This document shows positions 13,607 through 25,300 of a DNA stretch of 64,000 nt, piece by piece. The stretch's first letter is position 1. Every line of letters begins with the position of its first letter. The translations under genes were made by a program, and so were the position numbers. The notes beneath the pieces were generated by a model. That model saw nothing but the letters and a program-made list of their open reading frames with translations, was not told where the DNA came from and did no database searches. This DNA comes from Piromyces finnis finn. Lineage: Eukaryota > Fungi > Neocallimastigomycota. The stretch is from assembly GCA_002104945.1 (NCBI GenBank), contig MCFH01000007.1, positions 868,001-932,000 on the forward strand, written 5' to 3'.

Positions 13607-14496
13607 AGTACTTATGATGTTTTCTTTAATAAGCTTTAATAAATTTGTAAAAATAATAGAATAAAGTATTTAATTATATTTATTAATTGAGTAAATCTTT
13701 TTATTAAATAATAATATAAACCAGATTATATAGTGTTAAACCATCAAATATATAACCTGTTTTATTCTTTATAATAAGTCCTTCGTAGCTCTTCACGATA
13801 ACACGTATAAAGTCGATTGTTAATATTAATTAAATTAATAAAAGAAAGGAACGGTGTAAAAATTTTTTTAGTGTCTAACTTATTGTTAGCAATAAAAATT
13901 ATTACAGGTTTTCTTTCCCTATATCAACCTTATCCGAACGTAGAAGTATTATTTATAAGAGTTTAACTTCTCACGCTAAAGGAGTTATAAAGAATATTAT
14001 TTTATATTATTACAATTTTAATAAATTGTCTTAACAATTAATAATTATAATTAAAAATTAGAAATTGTTTTATTAGAAAACTTAATTTTAAAATGTATTA
14101 ATTAAGAAATATTATTTTATTAAAGTAAGGCATTTCCGGCTATTTTCCGGTCTATAATCAAACAGCAAAAGATAGTATACAACTATAAATCTCACGCCAG
14201 CTTGCTTATTACAGCGTCATGTACGTGGTGTACCTCGGATTCTCCTACTTCCTTATTCAAAGTAGAATAGCTCAGAGCCTGCCAACCCAATTATTGTACA
14301 GGTTAAACTCGATCCCGTTAATCTTTTACTTTTTATAGTTTGAATTATATACCGCTTCTAAAGCGTACTAATTCTACTACTTTAAGTAAAAATATTTCTT
14401 TAAAGAAAAGCTTCAACAATAAAACATAAATGTTTTATCTATAACAATTTCTTAAACACTAAGGTATTAAGCTTTTATATTATAAGGAGATTTTAT

Positions 14497-15294
14497 TGTA
14501 AAGAAATGTGTCTTTAACAATAAAAACAAATTATAATATTTACTAAATAACTTAGTAATATTAACACTTTAAAATATTCTGTAAATTATTAATTTATAAA
14601 AATATCATTAAAAACATATAGAATTTAACTTAATAAGTTAGTGTTTAATAATATAATTATTTATTAATAAAATCTCGATTCTTTAAAATATTTGGGAAAA
14701 TTCATTCGTATTTATACTAAAATTTTTTTAAATTAATTTATAAAATTTTTTCAACTTAAAATTTTTAGCCAATCAATAATCTTCATATTGTAATGAGGTA
14801 TATCTAATGATAAGGGTTAGACTAGAAAATCATTAAGGTTAGATTAATGAAAATTTCATAATTATATTTTTATAACCAATCATTAAGTAATTAATTCACT
14901 TATCAAATTGTATTAAAAAAAAAAAAATAATTTTCATGTATAAAAGAGAGAATAAGAAAGATAAAATAGTTCTTTAGTGTTTTTATTAATAATTAATAAA
15001 AATTAGTTTTTTTGTTTCGTCTTTAGTTTGATAATACACTGACCTAGCGAGTTAGTCGTATTATAATAATAAATTTAATAAATAAACATTATTAAAAAAA
15101 TACATATATATTTGATACATTAGAGTGTGTGTGTTTATTATTATAATATTTCGTTACACATATAAAATAAAATTTAAAAATAAAATAAAATTATAATTTT
15201 TTAAAATAGTATCTATGAGGTCTCTAACTAGTGTCATTCAGACTCAAAGTCTTAGCTACTAACCACTAAGACAATTTAGTTATTTCTAGTATTC
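14497..15294 (+). mobile_element. LTR-I copy 2 (interrupted by solo LTR-J; right end cut by an insertion at 15295)
   Basis: Matches 7012-7491 once the J insertion is removed. Confidence 0.8.
14789..15158 (+). mobile_element. Solo LTR-J
   Basis: 370 bp TG...CA, TSD CATAT; reverse complement of 49125-49491. Confidence 0.95.
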
Positions 15295-16831
15295 TGATAC
15301 GCTACTCACATAAAAACATGATAAAAACTAGCTGAATAAACACGATGTCATGAATATTAGTGGATTCATGATAATTTATTTAATTAGTATTTTATTCGTT
15401 TAATTAATTAGAAATATTTTATTATAAAACATAATTAAATAATATTTTAAGAAATATTAATTAATTATAATTATTAAGATTTTATATTTATTAAAGTTTG
15501 AATTAATATTTCTTTGTTCATTTGATTAAGAAGGAAATTAAAACTAAATTATAAAATAATCATTCCTTCTACAAATGATTGATAATATGACTTTTATAAT
15601 TATTAAATTTAACACGAGTGAAAAGTCATATATAATTAATATATAATTAATTTATAGAATAGTTAATTAATATAAATAATTAGTCATGTATTAAATTTAA
15701 AATGTATTCCTTAATATTAGATATAGTATAAATACTCGAGAAAATTCCTATCATTAGGAATTTCGAGAGTTCATTACATTTAATATTTACTCTAATTATA
15801 ATAATAACTAATAAATAAAGATTTTTCTTTAAATAAAAATTTATTAATAAATAAAGTTAATAAAATATTATTTATTTAAAAATTTACTAATTCAATTATT
15901 TAATTAATTGATAAACTTAGGGTAAATATGTACGTTCCGACCTAACTGAAGTGAAATCCTTAACACACGACTTAACCCATAGTAACTTATAATAAAAATA
16001 AACAATAATAACCCTTAAAGATGAATGAATAATAATTTTATGAAAATATAACCCTTTCTTTAAATAAATAATATTATCTTTATTTTATAATAAATTCTGA
16101 GTAAAAACGACCTAATAGTGATAATAATAAAATAAATTATTAAATAAAATAAAACGACTTAATCCAATAATGTACTAAAATAATAAAATAATAATAAATA
16201 AATAAAAATGAATAAATAAACTAAAAATAAAATGATATACATCAAATTATTAATTCTAGTGTTTATCCAAGTGTTCTTTAGAAATTCTCTTAAACTTATA
16301 AATTAATAAATAACTAATTGAGTAATTATTACTAAAATGATAAACTTAAAACCTGGAAATAGAACAATAATAACAATTCCAAAGATAAAATACAGAACTC
16401 TTTTATGTTTCTGTATAAAATGAGTGTTTATAATAATTGATACTTTTAATATTTTAATTTTGTTAAATTTTTATTTTAATTTTATTTTAATTTTATTTTA
16501 ATATTATTTTAATTTTAAATTTTAATTATTTTATTCAAGGTATTATACATTTAATGATAGTCAATGATAATTTATAATAATTTTTCTAAATTTAAACATT
16601 TTGAAGTAATAAGAAAATCAAATAAGTAATATTCTATAATATTTTATAATACTAAGACATAATTTTAATTTATTCTTTTAATTTTAATAAATAATAACAA
16701 TAGTAATAATAACATTTAATAGTTAAAAATAATAATACATGTAATAAATGAAAATGTATAAAAGGAAGATAAAATTCTTCTTTATAAAGGGGGGACAATA
16801 AATAGAGAATAAAAAGACCATAAACAGATAA
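15295..16831. mobile_element. Unresolved LTR-like insertion (starts TGATAC)
   Basis: Interrupts LTR-I 6 nt before its end; AT-rich; purine run AAAGGGGGGA near 16786; right boundary not identified. Confidence 0.35.
15346..15965 (+). mobile_element. Solo LTR-O
   Basis: TGTCATG...CCTTAACA, TSD CACGA; diverged inverted copy at 27835-28463. Confidence 0.9.
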
Positions 16832-19800
16832 TGTAAAGATATCAAACGCCTCTGTTTGATATCTTTAATGTAACTTAAGCCACAAGTATTATTGTTTAAG
16901 TTACACAAATTATATTCAGAAAAAGAAAATGAGACATAATATATTTATTAATAATTAAAGTTTAAAAAAAAATAAATTATTAGTTTATTCTTAATGTTTA
17001 ACAAATAAATTAATATTCTCAATTTAAATTCCTAGTTTTAGTATTGTTTTTTCATAGAAATAAATAAATAATAAATGATTAATATATCAATAATACATGG
17101 GCACATATTCAAATTGAATAGTACTTAATTTGAATTGCCAATTGTATTTTACTAAAAATAGTTATAGTTTAAATATTTATTAATAATTAAGATTTTAGTG
17201 TAGATTTTAAATAATAATATATAAGAAATAAATAGTTATAATATAATATAAATGTATTTAGGAAAAATATAAATAGAAGATGTTTTTCATCATTTTATCG
17301 ATGTAATTGTTATTATTAAAATTCTATTATAATAAAAGATATTTTATTAAACAATTTTTTATTTTATTTTTTCAAATTTTTGTGTTATTGTAATAGAATA
17401 GATATCCTAATCTATTCTTTCAGTGTTCAACATTACAATAACAATTACCCAACGAAGATAGAGAATACGTTAGGGTATCTACCGCCGGGTACAAAAAGCA
17501 AGAAAGAACTTTAATTACCGGTTAGAATTGGAAACTACCGCCGAATAAGAAGAAAGAAGAAATTTTGACTACTGGTTAGAATTAGAAACTACTACCGAGT
17601 GCAAGAAGAAAGAAGAATTAACCAATATTAATTAGTAATACAAAACTTGTTCGACACTGCTTTGCAGAACGCGTTTGAATAACTTTTGTATTAGGATAAA
17701 TTGTAGTAGTGTAATTAAAAAAAAAAAAAATTTAAGATTATTTACTTGAAATAGTAGTAAGAAACCATTTTAATTTTATATTATATATTATATTTTGAAT
17801 TGGAGGATTTAATTAGTGAGTTTGAAAATTTAAATTTAGAAATGGGTGATAGGAATGTGGGTGTTTCCGGGAACTCGGGGAACATTATTAATGCTCCACC
17901 GACATTTTCTGGTAAACAAAGAGAATTGGATGGATTTTTAACTAGAGTGGAGTTGGTATTTCGTACTCGACCGACACTGTATAATACAGATCGAGTCAAG
18001 GTCGACTTCGTTATATCATACTTTTCTGGTAAACCTTTGGAATGGGCTTCAGTGTTGATGAAGAATAATAGTGGGGTTTTAAACCATTATGATGAATTTG
18101 TAGATAGGTTGAAGGCTAATTTTGGCAGTTATAGATACGATACCGTTGTAGCTAACGGTAAATTAGATAATCTTCGCCAAAGGAAACTTGGTCAGGTATT
18201 AGATTACATTACCGATTTTCAACGTATTAGCCAAAATTCAAGCTTTAATGATAGCGCAAAAATCTACATGTTTCTGAAAGGTTTATTACCACCACTTAGG
18301 GAGAAGTTGGCTTTCATTGAATCAAACCCAACTTCAATTGAACAATTGATTTCTTCAACTATTTTAGTTGAAGATATGATGAAAAGGAATTCTCTAAGTG
18401 AATTTTATTTTAATGGTAGAAGGGCTAACGATCCTATGGATGTGGATGTATTTAAAATTAGTAGAGAGAATAAACGAAAAAGGTATGTGAATATTCAAGG
18501 ATCAAGTAAAAATTACAATGAGAACATAGATAACTTTGAAGAAGAAAAGAAAAAAGGGTTATGTTTTCTTTGTAAACAACCGGGTCATTTAAAATTTAAT
18601 TGTCCTAATAGAGTAAAGCCCAGAAAAGTGTTAAGAATTGTTAAAGAAAGGACTCCAAAAATTGTTAATCCAAAAATTTACAAAGTTGGAGTCAAGGGAG
18701 TGAAAAGTGATTTAAACCTTGTGGACTTTTACTTGAGTACCAATGAAGTTTCGGAAGTTAAAATTAAGGTTTTAATTGATTCCGGTTCTGAATTAAATTT
18801 CATTAATCCAAGTCTTGCTGAAGAACTTGGTATTAATTTGGAAAAAGTGGAACCATTCCGTGTTTCAGGTGTTAGTGATGGAGTTGTTAGTGTTTGGGAA
18901 AGGACTGAGAAGTGCATGCTCCGTTGCAAAAATCACTTCGAAGTAATTCAACTTTATGGATTACAAGTCCCCGGTGTTGATGTTATTCTTGGTTTGCCGT
19001 GGATAAAGAAGCATAATCCAAATGCTTTCTACGACTCTAAGAAAATCGCTTTTAGTTCTGGTTATTGTGCCAGACATTGTAATAAAGGCAAAAGAAAGAG
19101 AAAACCAAGAAAGAAGTCAAAGAATGATCAGTTAGATCATGATGTTCTCAACCGAAGCTTGACCAAAAAACCGAAAGAAGATCCCTCTGTCCCAAACAAT
19201 GAAAAAAAGAATATGTTAAAGGCCGCCTTGTTAGAACCATCAATGATGAAGATGATAGCGATGATGAATATATTAGTTTTAATAAAAAAAGTTAAATGTA
19301 TTGTAACAAAAATTAATGAAACATGTAATAATGATAACGAATCATGTAGTAATAATGATAATGAAAAAGATATTAATAAAGATAAATTGGTCGCCGTACC
19401 AACCCAATATTTAGAATTTAGTGAAGTGTTTAATGAAAAAAATTGTGAAGTGTTACCTCCTCATAGACCTTATGATTGTGAAATCAAGCTTAAGGATGAT
19501 TCAACTTTATTTTATGGACCTTTGTATCCATTAACTGAAGTTGAAAGAGAGGAACTTAAAAAAATATATTGATGATAATTTAAACAAAGGTTTTATCAGG
19601 AAATCATCGTCTCCCGCTGGTGCCCCAATTTTATTTGTTAAAAAGAAGGATGGCTCCCTAAGACTTTGTATCGATTATAGGAAGCTGAATGATATTACAA
19701 TTCGTAATTCATATCCTTCACCTTTAATTAGTGACCTTTTGGATAGGGTGAAAAATGCAAAGATTTTTACTAAATTAGACCTTAAATCCGCTTATAATCT

Positions 19801-20542
19801 TGTTCATATTAAAGAAGGTGATGAATACAAAACGGCTTTTCGTACTAGATATGGACATTTTGAATATCTGGTTATGCCTTTTGGATTAAAGAATGCACCT
19901 GCAACTTTTCAACACTTCATTAACGATGTCCTTAGTGACTATTTAGACGATTTTGTTATCTCATATATTGATGATATTCTTATTTATTCTAATAATATTG
20001 AAGAACATCATGAGCATGTTAAAAAGGTACTTAAGAAACTACTTAAAAATAACCTCTATGTTAAATTAGAAAAATGTGAGTTTGACGTTGAGAAAACCAC
20101 TTTTCTTGGATATGTCATTTCAAAAGATGGATTACAAATGGACGAAAATAAAGTTAAAGCAATTCTCGATTGGCCAGTGCCCAAGAATGTTAAAGAGGTT
20201 CAGTCTTTTATTGGTCTTTGTAACTATTACAGAATTTTTATTAAAGACTTTGCTAAAATTGCAAACCCTCTTCACAAACTCACTAGAAAGAATGTTATCT
20301 TCAATTGGGTGAAAGAAGATCAAGACGCTTTTATTTTATTAAAAAATTTGTTCACGTCAGCTCCTATTCTGAAACATTCGGATAGTAATAAGCAATTTGT
20401 TGTAGAAACTGATGCTAGTAATTATGCTGTTGGTGCTATTCTCTCTCAAGAATTCGACGGCAAATTACATCCTATTGCATTTCTTTCTAAAAGTTTGACG
20501 AGTTGTCAAAGAAACTATCCTATATATGACAAGGAACTTTTA
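16832..20542 (+). mobile_element. Family A copy 1 (5' LTR 16832-17437, gag-PR-RT-part RH), 3'-truncated
   Basis: Near-identical to the full-length A; +1 frameshift in an A-run near 19560; fused at ~20543 to an inverted A2 gag. Confidence 0.93.
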
Positions 20543-22002
20543 GCACTAATTCTAAAAACGTCAACATCCATAGGATCATTAGCCCTTCTATTATTAAAAT
20601 AAAATTCACTCAAAGAATTCCTTTTCATCATATCTTCAACTAATATGGTTGAAGATATTAACTGTTCCAAAGATGATGGGTTTGTTTCAACAAACGCCAA
20701 TTTTTCTCTGAGTAATGGATTTAAACCTTTCAGAAACATATAGATCTTAGCACTTTCGTTGAAGCTAGAATTTTGGCTAACTCGTTGAAACTCGGTAATA
20801 TAATCAACTACTTGACCAAGTTTTCTTTGTCTAATGTTATTGTAACGTATAAAGGTTTTATACCTTTTGTAAAATATTGTATTAATAGAATAATGTATTA
20901 ATACGTATTTAAAATAATGTATAATGTATTAAATTAATGTACCGTAAATTTTATTCTTTAATTACAAAAATTTATATCACAATACATTAACATAAATTTA
21001 TGTAAAATTTAATTTTATGATAAGATAAAGTTTTTGATGATAAAATAAAATTTTAAATTAAATAAATTTTAACCAATAAATATTTTAGATAAAAAAAAAT
21101 TTTTTTATAAACTAAGCCTCAAAATTAGAAATAAATAAATTGAATAGATGTTTGAAATATAATCAACCATATAGTAAATAAATCAAAACTTTATTTTAAG
21201 TTTAGAAAATTCTTTAGTAAATAAATTGAATTTAAATAGTTTAATACAAATAATTTCTTTTAATAAATGTATAAATGTAAACAATGTAAAATTATAATAT
21301 TAAAACATGTATATTAGAATTTATTCAATTTATTTAAAAAGTATAAATAAAGAAAATTTTTCAACTATTGAAACGATAGTTGGAAAATCGTATAGGTGTA
21401 AAGATATCAAACGCCTCTGTTTGATATCTTTAATGTAACTTAAGTCACAAGTATTATTGTTTAAGTTACACAAATTATATTCAGAAAAAGAAAATGAGAC
21501 ATAATTTATTTATTAATAATTAAAGTTTAAAACAAAATAAATTATTAATTTATTTTTAATGTTTAACAAGTAAATTAATATTCTCAATTTAAATCCCTAG
21601 TTTTAGTATTGTTTTTTTATAGAAATAGATAAATAATAAATGATTAATATATCAATAATACATGGGCACATATTCAAATTAAATAGTACTTAATTTGAAT
21701 TGCCAATTGTATTTTACTAAAAATAGTTATAGTTTAAATATTTATTAATAATTAAGATTTTAGTGTAGATTTTAAATAATAATATATAAGAAATAAATAG
21801 TTATAATATAATATAAATGTATTTAGGAAAAATATAAATAGAAGATATTTTTCATCATTTTATCGATGTAATTGTTATTATTAAAATTCTATTATAATAA
21901 AAGATATTTTATAAAACAATTTTTTATTTTATTTTTTCAAATTTTTGTGTTATTGTAATAGAATAGATATCCTAATCTATTCTTTCAGTGTTCAACATTA
22001 CA

Positions 22003-22013
22003 ATAACAATTAC
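22003..22013 (+). promoter_or_regulatory. Family A self-priming PBS (ATAACAATTAC)
   Basis: Exact reverse complement of LTR 21868-21878, which starts 35 nt after TATAAATA (21833). Confidence 0.8.
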
Positions 22014-22054
22014 CTAACTACTTCAAGAGTACGTTAGGATATCTACTACTGTCA

Positions 22055-22139
22055 GAAGAAGAATTTATAGAAGAACTTGGTTGCTACCATAGAAGAAGAA
22101 TTTATAGAAGAACTTGGTTGCTACCATAGAAGAAGAATT
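22055..22139. repeat. 37-bp tandem repeat (2.3 units) in the A leader
   Basis: AGAAGAAGAATTTATAGAAGAACTTGGTTGCTACCAT twice plus a partial unit. Confidence 0.85.
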
Positions 22140-22283
22140 ACTGAAACAATTATAGGTTAAACTCTGTTGCTGCCCTTGTTAAAGGAATTCTACCGAAGGA
22201 ATCAATATATAGATACAAAACTTGTTCGACACTGCTTTGCAGAACGCGTTTGAATAACTTTTGTATTTAAATAGATTGTATTA

Positions 22284-22318
<35 letters not shown>

Positions 22319-22378
22319 AAGATTACTTACTTGAAACAGTAGTAAGAAAACATTTTTTATTTTATTTAATAGTTTACG

Positions 22379-25300
22379 TTGGAGGCCTTAATTAGTGAGT
22401 TTGAAAGTTTAAATTTAGAGATGGGTGATAGGACTGTGGGTGTTTCTGGGAATTCGGGGAACATTATTAATGCTCCACCGACATTTTCTGGTAAACAAAG
22501 AGAATTGGATGGATTTTTAACTAGAGTGGAGTTGGTATTTCGTACTCGACCGACACTGTATAATACAGATCGAGTCAAGGTCGACTTCGTTATATCATAC
22601 TTCTCTGGTAAACCTTTGGAATGGGCTTCAGTGTTGATGAAGAATAATAGTGGGGTTTTAAATCATTATGATGAATTTGTAGATAGGTTGAAGGCTAATT
22701 TTGGCAGTTATAGATACGATACCGTTGTAGCTAACGGTAAATTAGATAATCTTCGCCAAAGGAAACTTGGTCAGGTATTAGATTACATTACCGATTTTCA
22801 ACGTATTAGCCAAAATTCAAGCTTTAATGATAGCGCAAAAATCTACATGTTTCTGAAAGGTTTATTACCACCACTTAGGGAGAAGTTGGCTTTCATTGAA
22901 TCAAACCCAACTTCAATTGAACAATTGATTTCTTCAACTATTTTAGTTGAAGATATGATGAAAAGGAATTCTTTAAGTGAATTTTATTTTAATGGTAGAA
23001 GGGCTAACGATCCTATGGATGTGGATGTATTTAGAATTAGTAGAGAAAATAAACACAAAAGGTATGTGAATATCCAAGGATCAAGTAAAAATTACAATGA
23101 AAACATAGATAACTTTGAAGAAGAAAAGAAAAAAGGGTTATGTTTTCTTTGTAAACAACCGGGTCATTTAAAATTTAATTGTCCTAATAGAGTAAAGCCC
23201 AGAAAAGTGTTAAGAATTGTTAAAGAAAGGACTCCAAAAATTGTTAATCCAAAAATTTACAAAGTTGGAGTCAAGGGAGTGAAAAGTGATTTAAACCTTG
23301 TGGATTTTTACTTGAGTACCAATGAAGTTTCGGAAGTTAAAATTAAGGTTTTAATTGATTCCGGTTCTGAATTAAATTTCATTAATCCAAGTCTTGCTGA
23401 AGACCTTGGTATTAATTTGGAAAAAGTAGAACCATTCCGTGTATCTGGTGTTAGTGATGGAGTTGTTAGTGTTTGGGAAAGGACTGAGAAGTGCATGCTC
23501 CGTTGCAAAAATCACTTCGAAGTAATTCAACTTTATGGATTACAAGTCCCCGGTGTTGATGTTATTCTTGGTTTGCCGTGGATAAAGAAGCATAATCCAA
23601 ATGCTTTCTACGACTCTAAGAAAATCGCTTTTAGTTCTGGTTATTGTGCCAGACATTGTAATAAAGGCAAAAGAAAGAGAAAACCAAGAAAGAAGTCAAA
23701 GAATGATCAGTTAGATCATGATGTTCTCGACCGAAGCTTGACCAAAAAACCGAAAGAAGATCCCTCTGTCCCAAACAATGAAAAAAAGAATATGTTAAAG
23801 GCCGCCTTGTTAGAACCATCAATGATGAAGATGATAGCGATGATGAATATATTAGTTTTAATAAAAAAAGTTAAATGTATTGTAACAAAAATTAATGAAA
23901 CATGTAATAATGATAACGAATCATGTAGTAATAATGATAATGAAAAAGATATTAATAAAGATAAATTGGTCGCCGTACCAACCCAATATTTAGAATTTAA
24001 TGAAGTGTTTAATGAAAAAAATTGTGAAGTGTTACCTCCTCATAGACCTTATGATTGTGAAATCAAACTTAAAGATGATTCGACTTTATTTTATGGACCT
24101 TTGTATCCATTAACTGAAGTTGAAAGAGAGGAACTTAAAAAATATATTGATGATAATTTAAATAAAGGTTTTATTAGGAAATCATCGTCTCCTGCTGGTG
24201 CCCCAATTTTATTTGTTAAAAAGAAGGATGGCTCCCTAAGACTTTGCATCGATTATAGAAAGTTGAATGATATTACAATTCGTAATTCATATCCTTTACC
24301 TTTAATTAGTGACCTTTTGGATAGGGTGAAAAATGCAAAGATTTTTACTAAATTAGACCTTAAATCCGCTTATAATCTTGTTCGTATTAAAGAAAGTGAT
24401 GAATACAAAACGGCTTTTCGTACTAGATATGGACATTTTGAATATCTGGTTATGCCTTTTGGATTAAAGAATGCACCTGCAACTTTTCAACACTTCATTA
24501 ACGATGTCCTTAGTGACTATTTAGACGATTTTGTTATCTCATATATTGATGATATTCTTATTTATTCTAATAATATCGAAGAACATCATGAGCATGTTAA
24601 AAAGGTACTTAAGAAACTACTTAAAAATAACCTCTATGTTAAATTAGAAAAATGTGAGTTTGACGTTGAGAAAACCACTTTTCTTGGTTATGTCATTTCA
24701 AAAGATGGATTGCAAATGGATGAGAATAAAGTTAAAGCAATTCTCGATTGGCCGGTTCCCAAGAATGTTAAAGAGGTTCAGTCTTTTATTGGTTTATGCA
24801 ACTATTACAGAATTTTTATTAAAGACTTTGCTAAAATTGCAAACCCTCTTCACAAACTCACTAGAAAGAATGTTGCTTTTAACTGGGTGAAAGAAGATCA
24901 GGACGCTTTTATTTTATTAAAATCTCTGTTCACGTCAGCTCCTATTCTGAAACATGCGGATAGTAATAATCAATTTATTGTAGAAACTGATGCTAGTAAT
25001 TATGCTGTCGGTGCTATTCTCTCTCAAGAATTTGATGGCAAATTACATCCTATTGCATTTCTTTCTAAAAGTTTGACGAGTTGTCAAAGAAACTATCCTA
25101 TATATGACAAGGAACTTTTAGCTATTGTAGTTGCTCTTGAAGAATGGCGTCATTATTTAGAAGGTGCACGCCATCCGTTCATAATTTATACTGATCACAA
25201 GAATTTAACATTTCCTAGAAAACCTGAAATGTTATCTCAGAGACAAATTAGATGGAATTTGTTCTTATCCAGATTTGATTTTAAACTCATTTATAGAGCT

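Noticed and set aside
19541-19572. Programmed frameshift between ORFs 17800-19572 and 19541-20602
   Set aside because: One extra A in a homopolymer relative to copies 2 and 3, which read through in frame; a mutation or assembly error.
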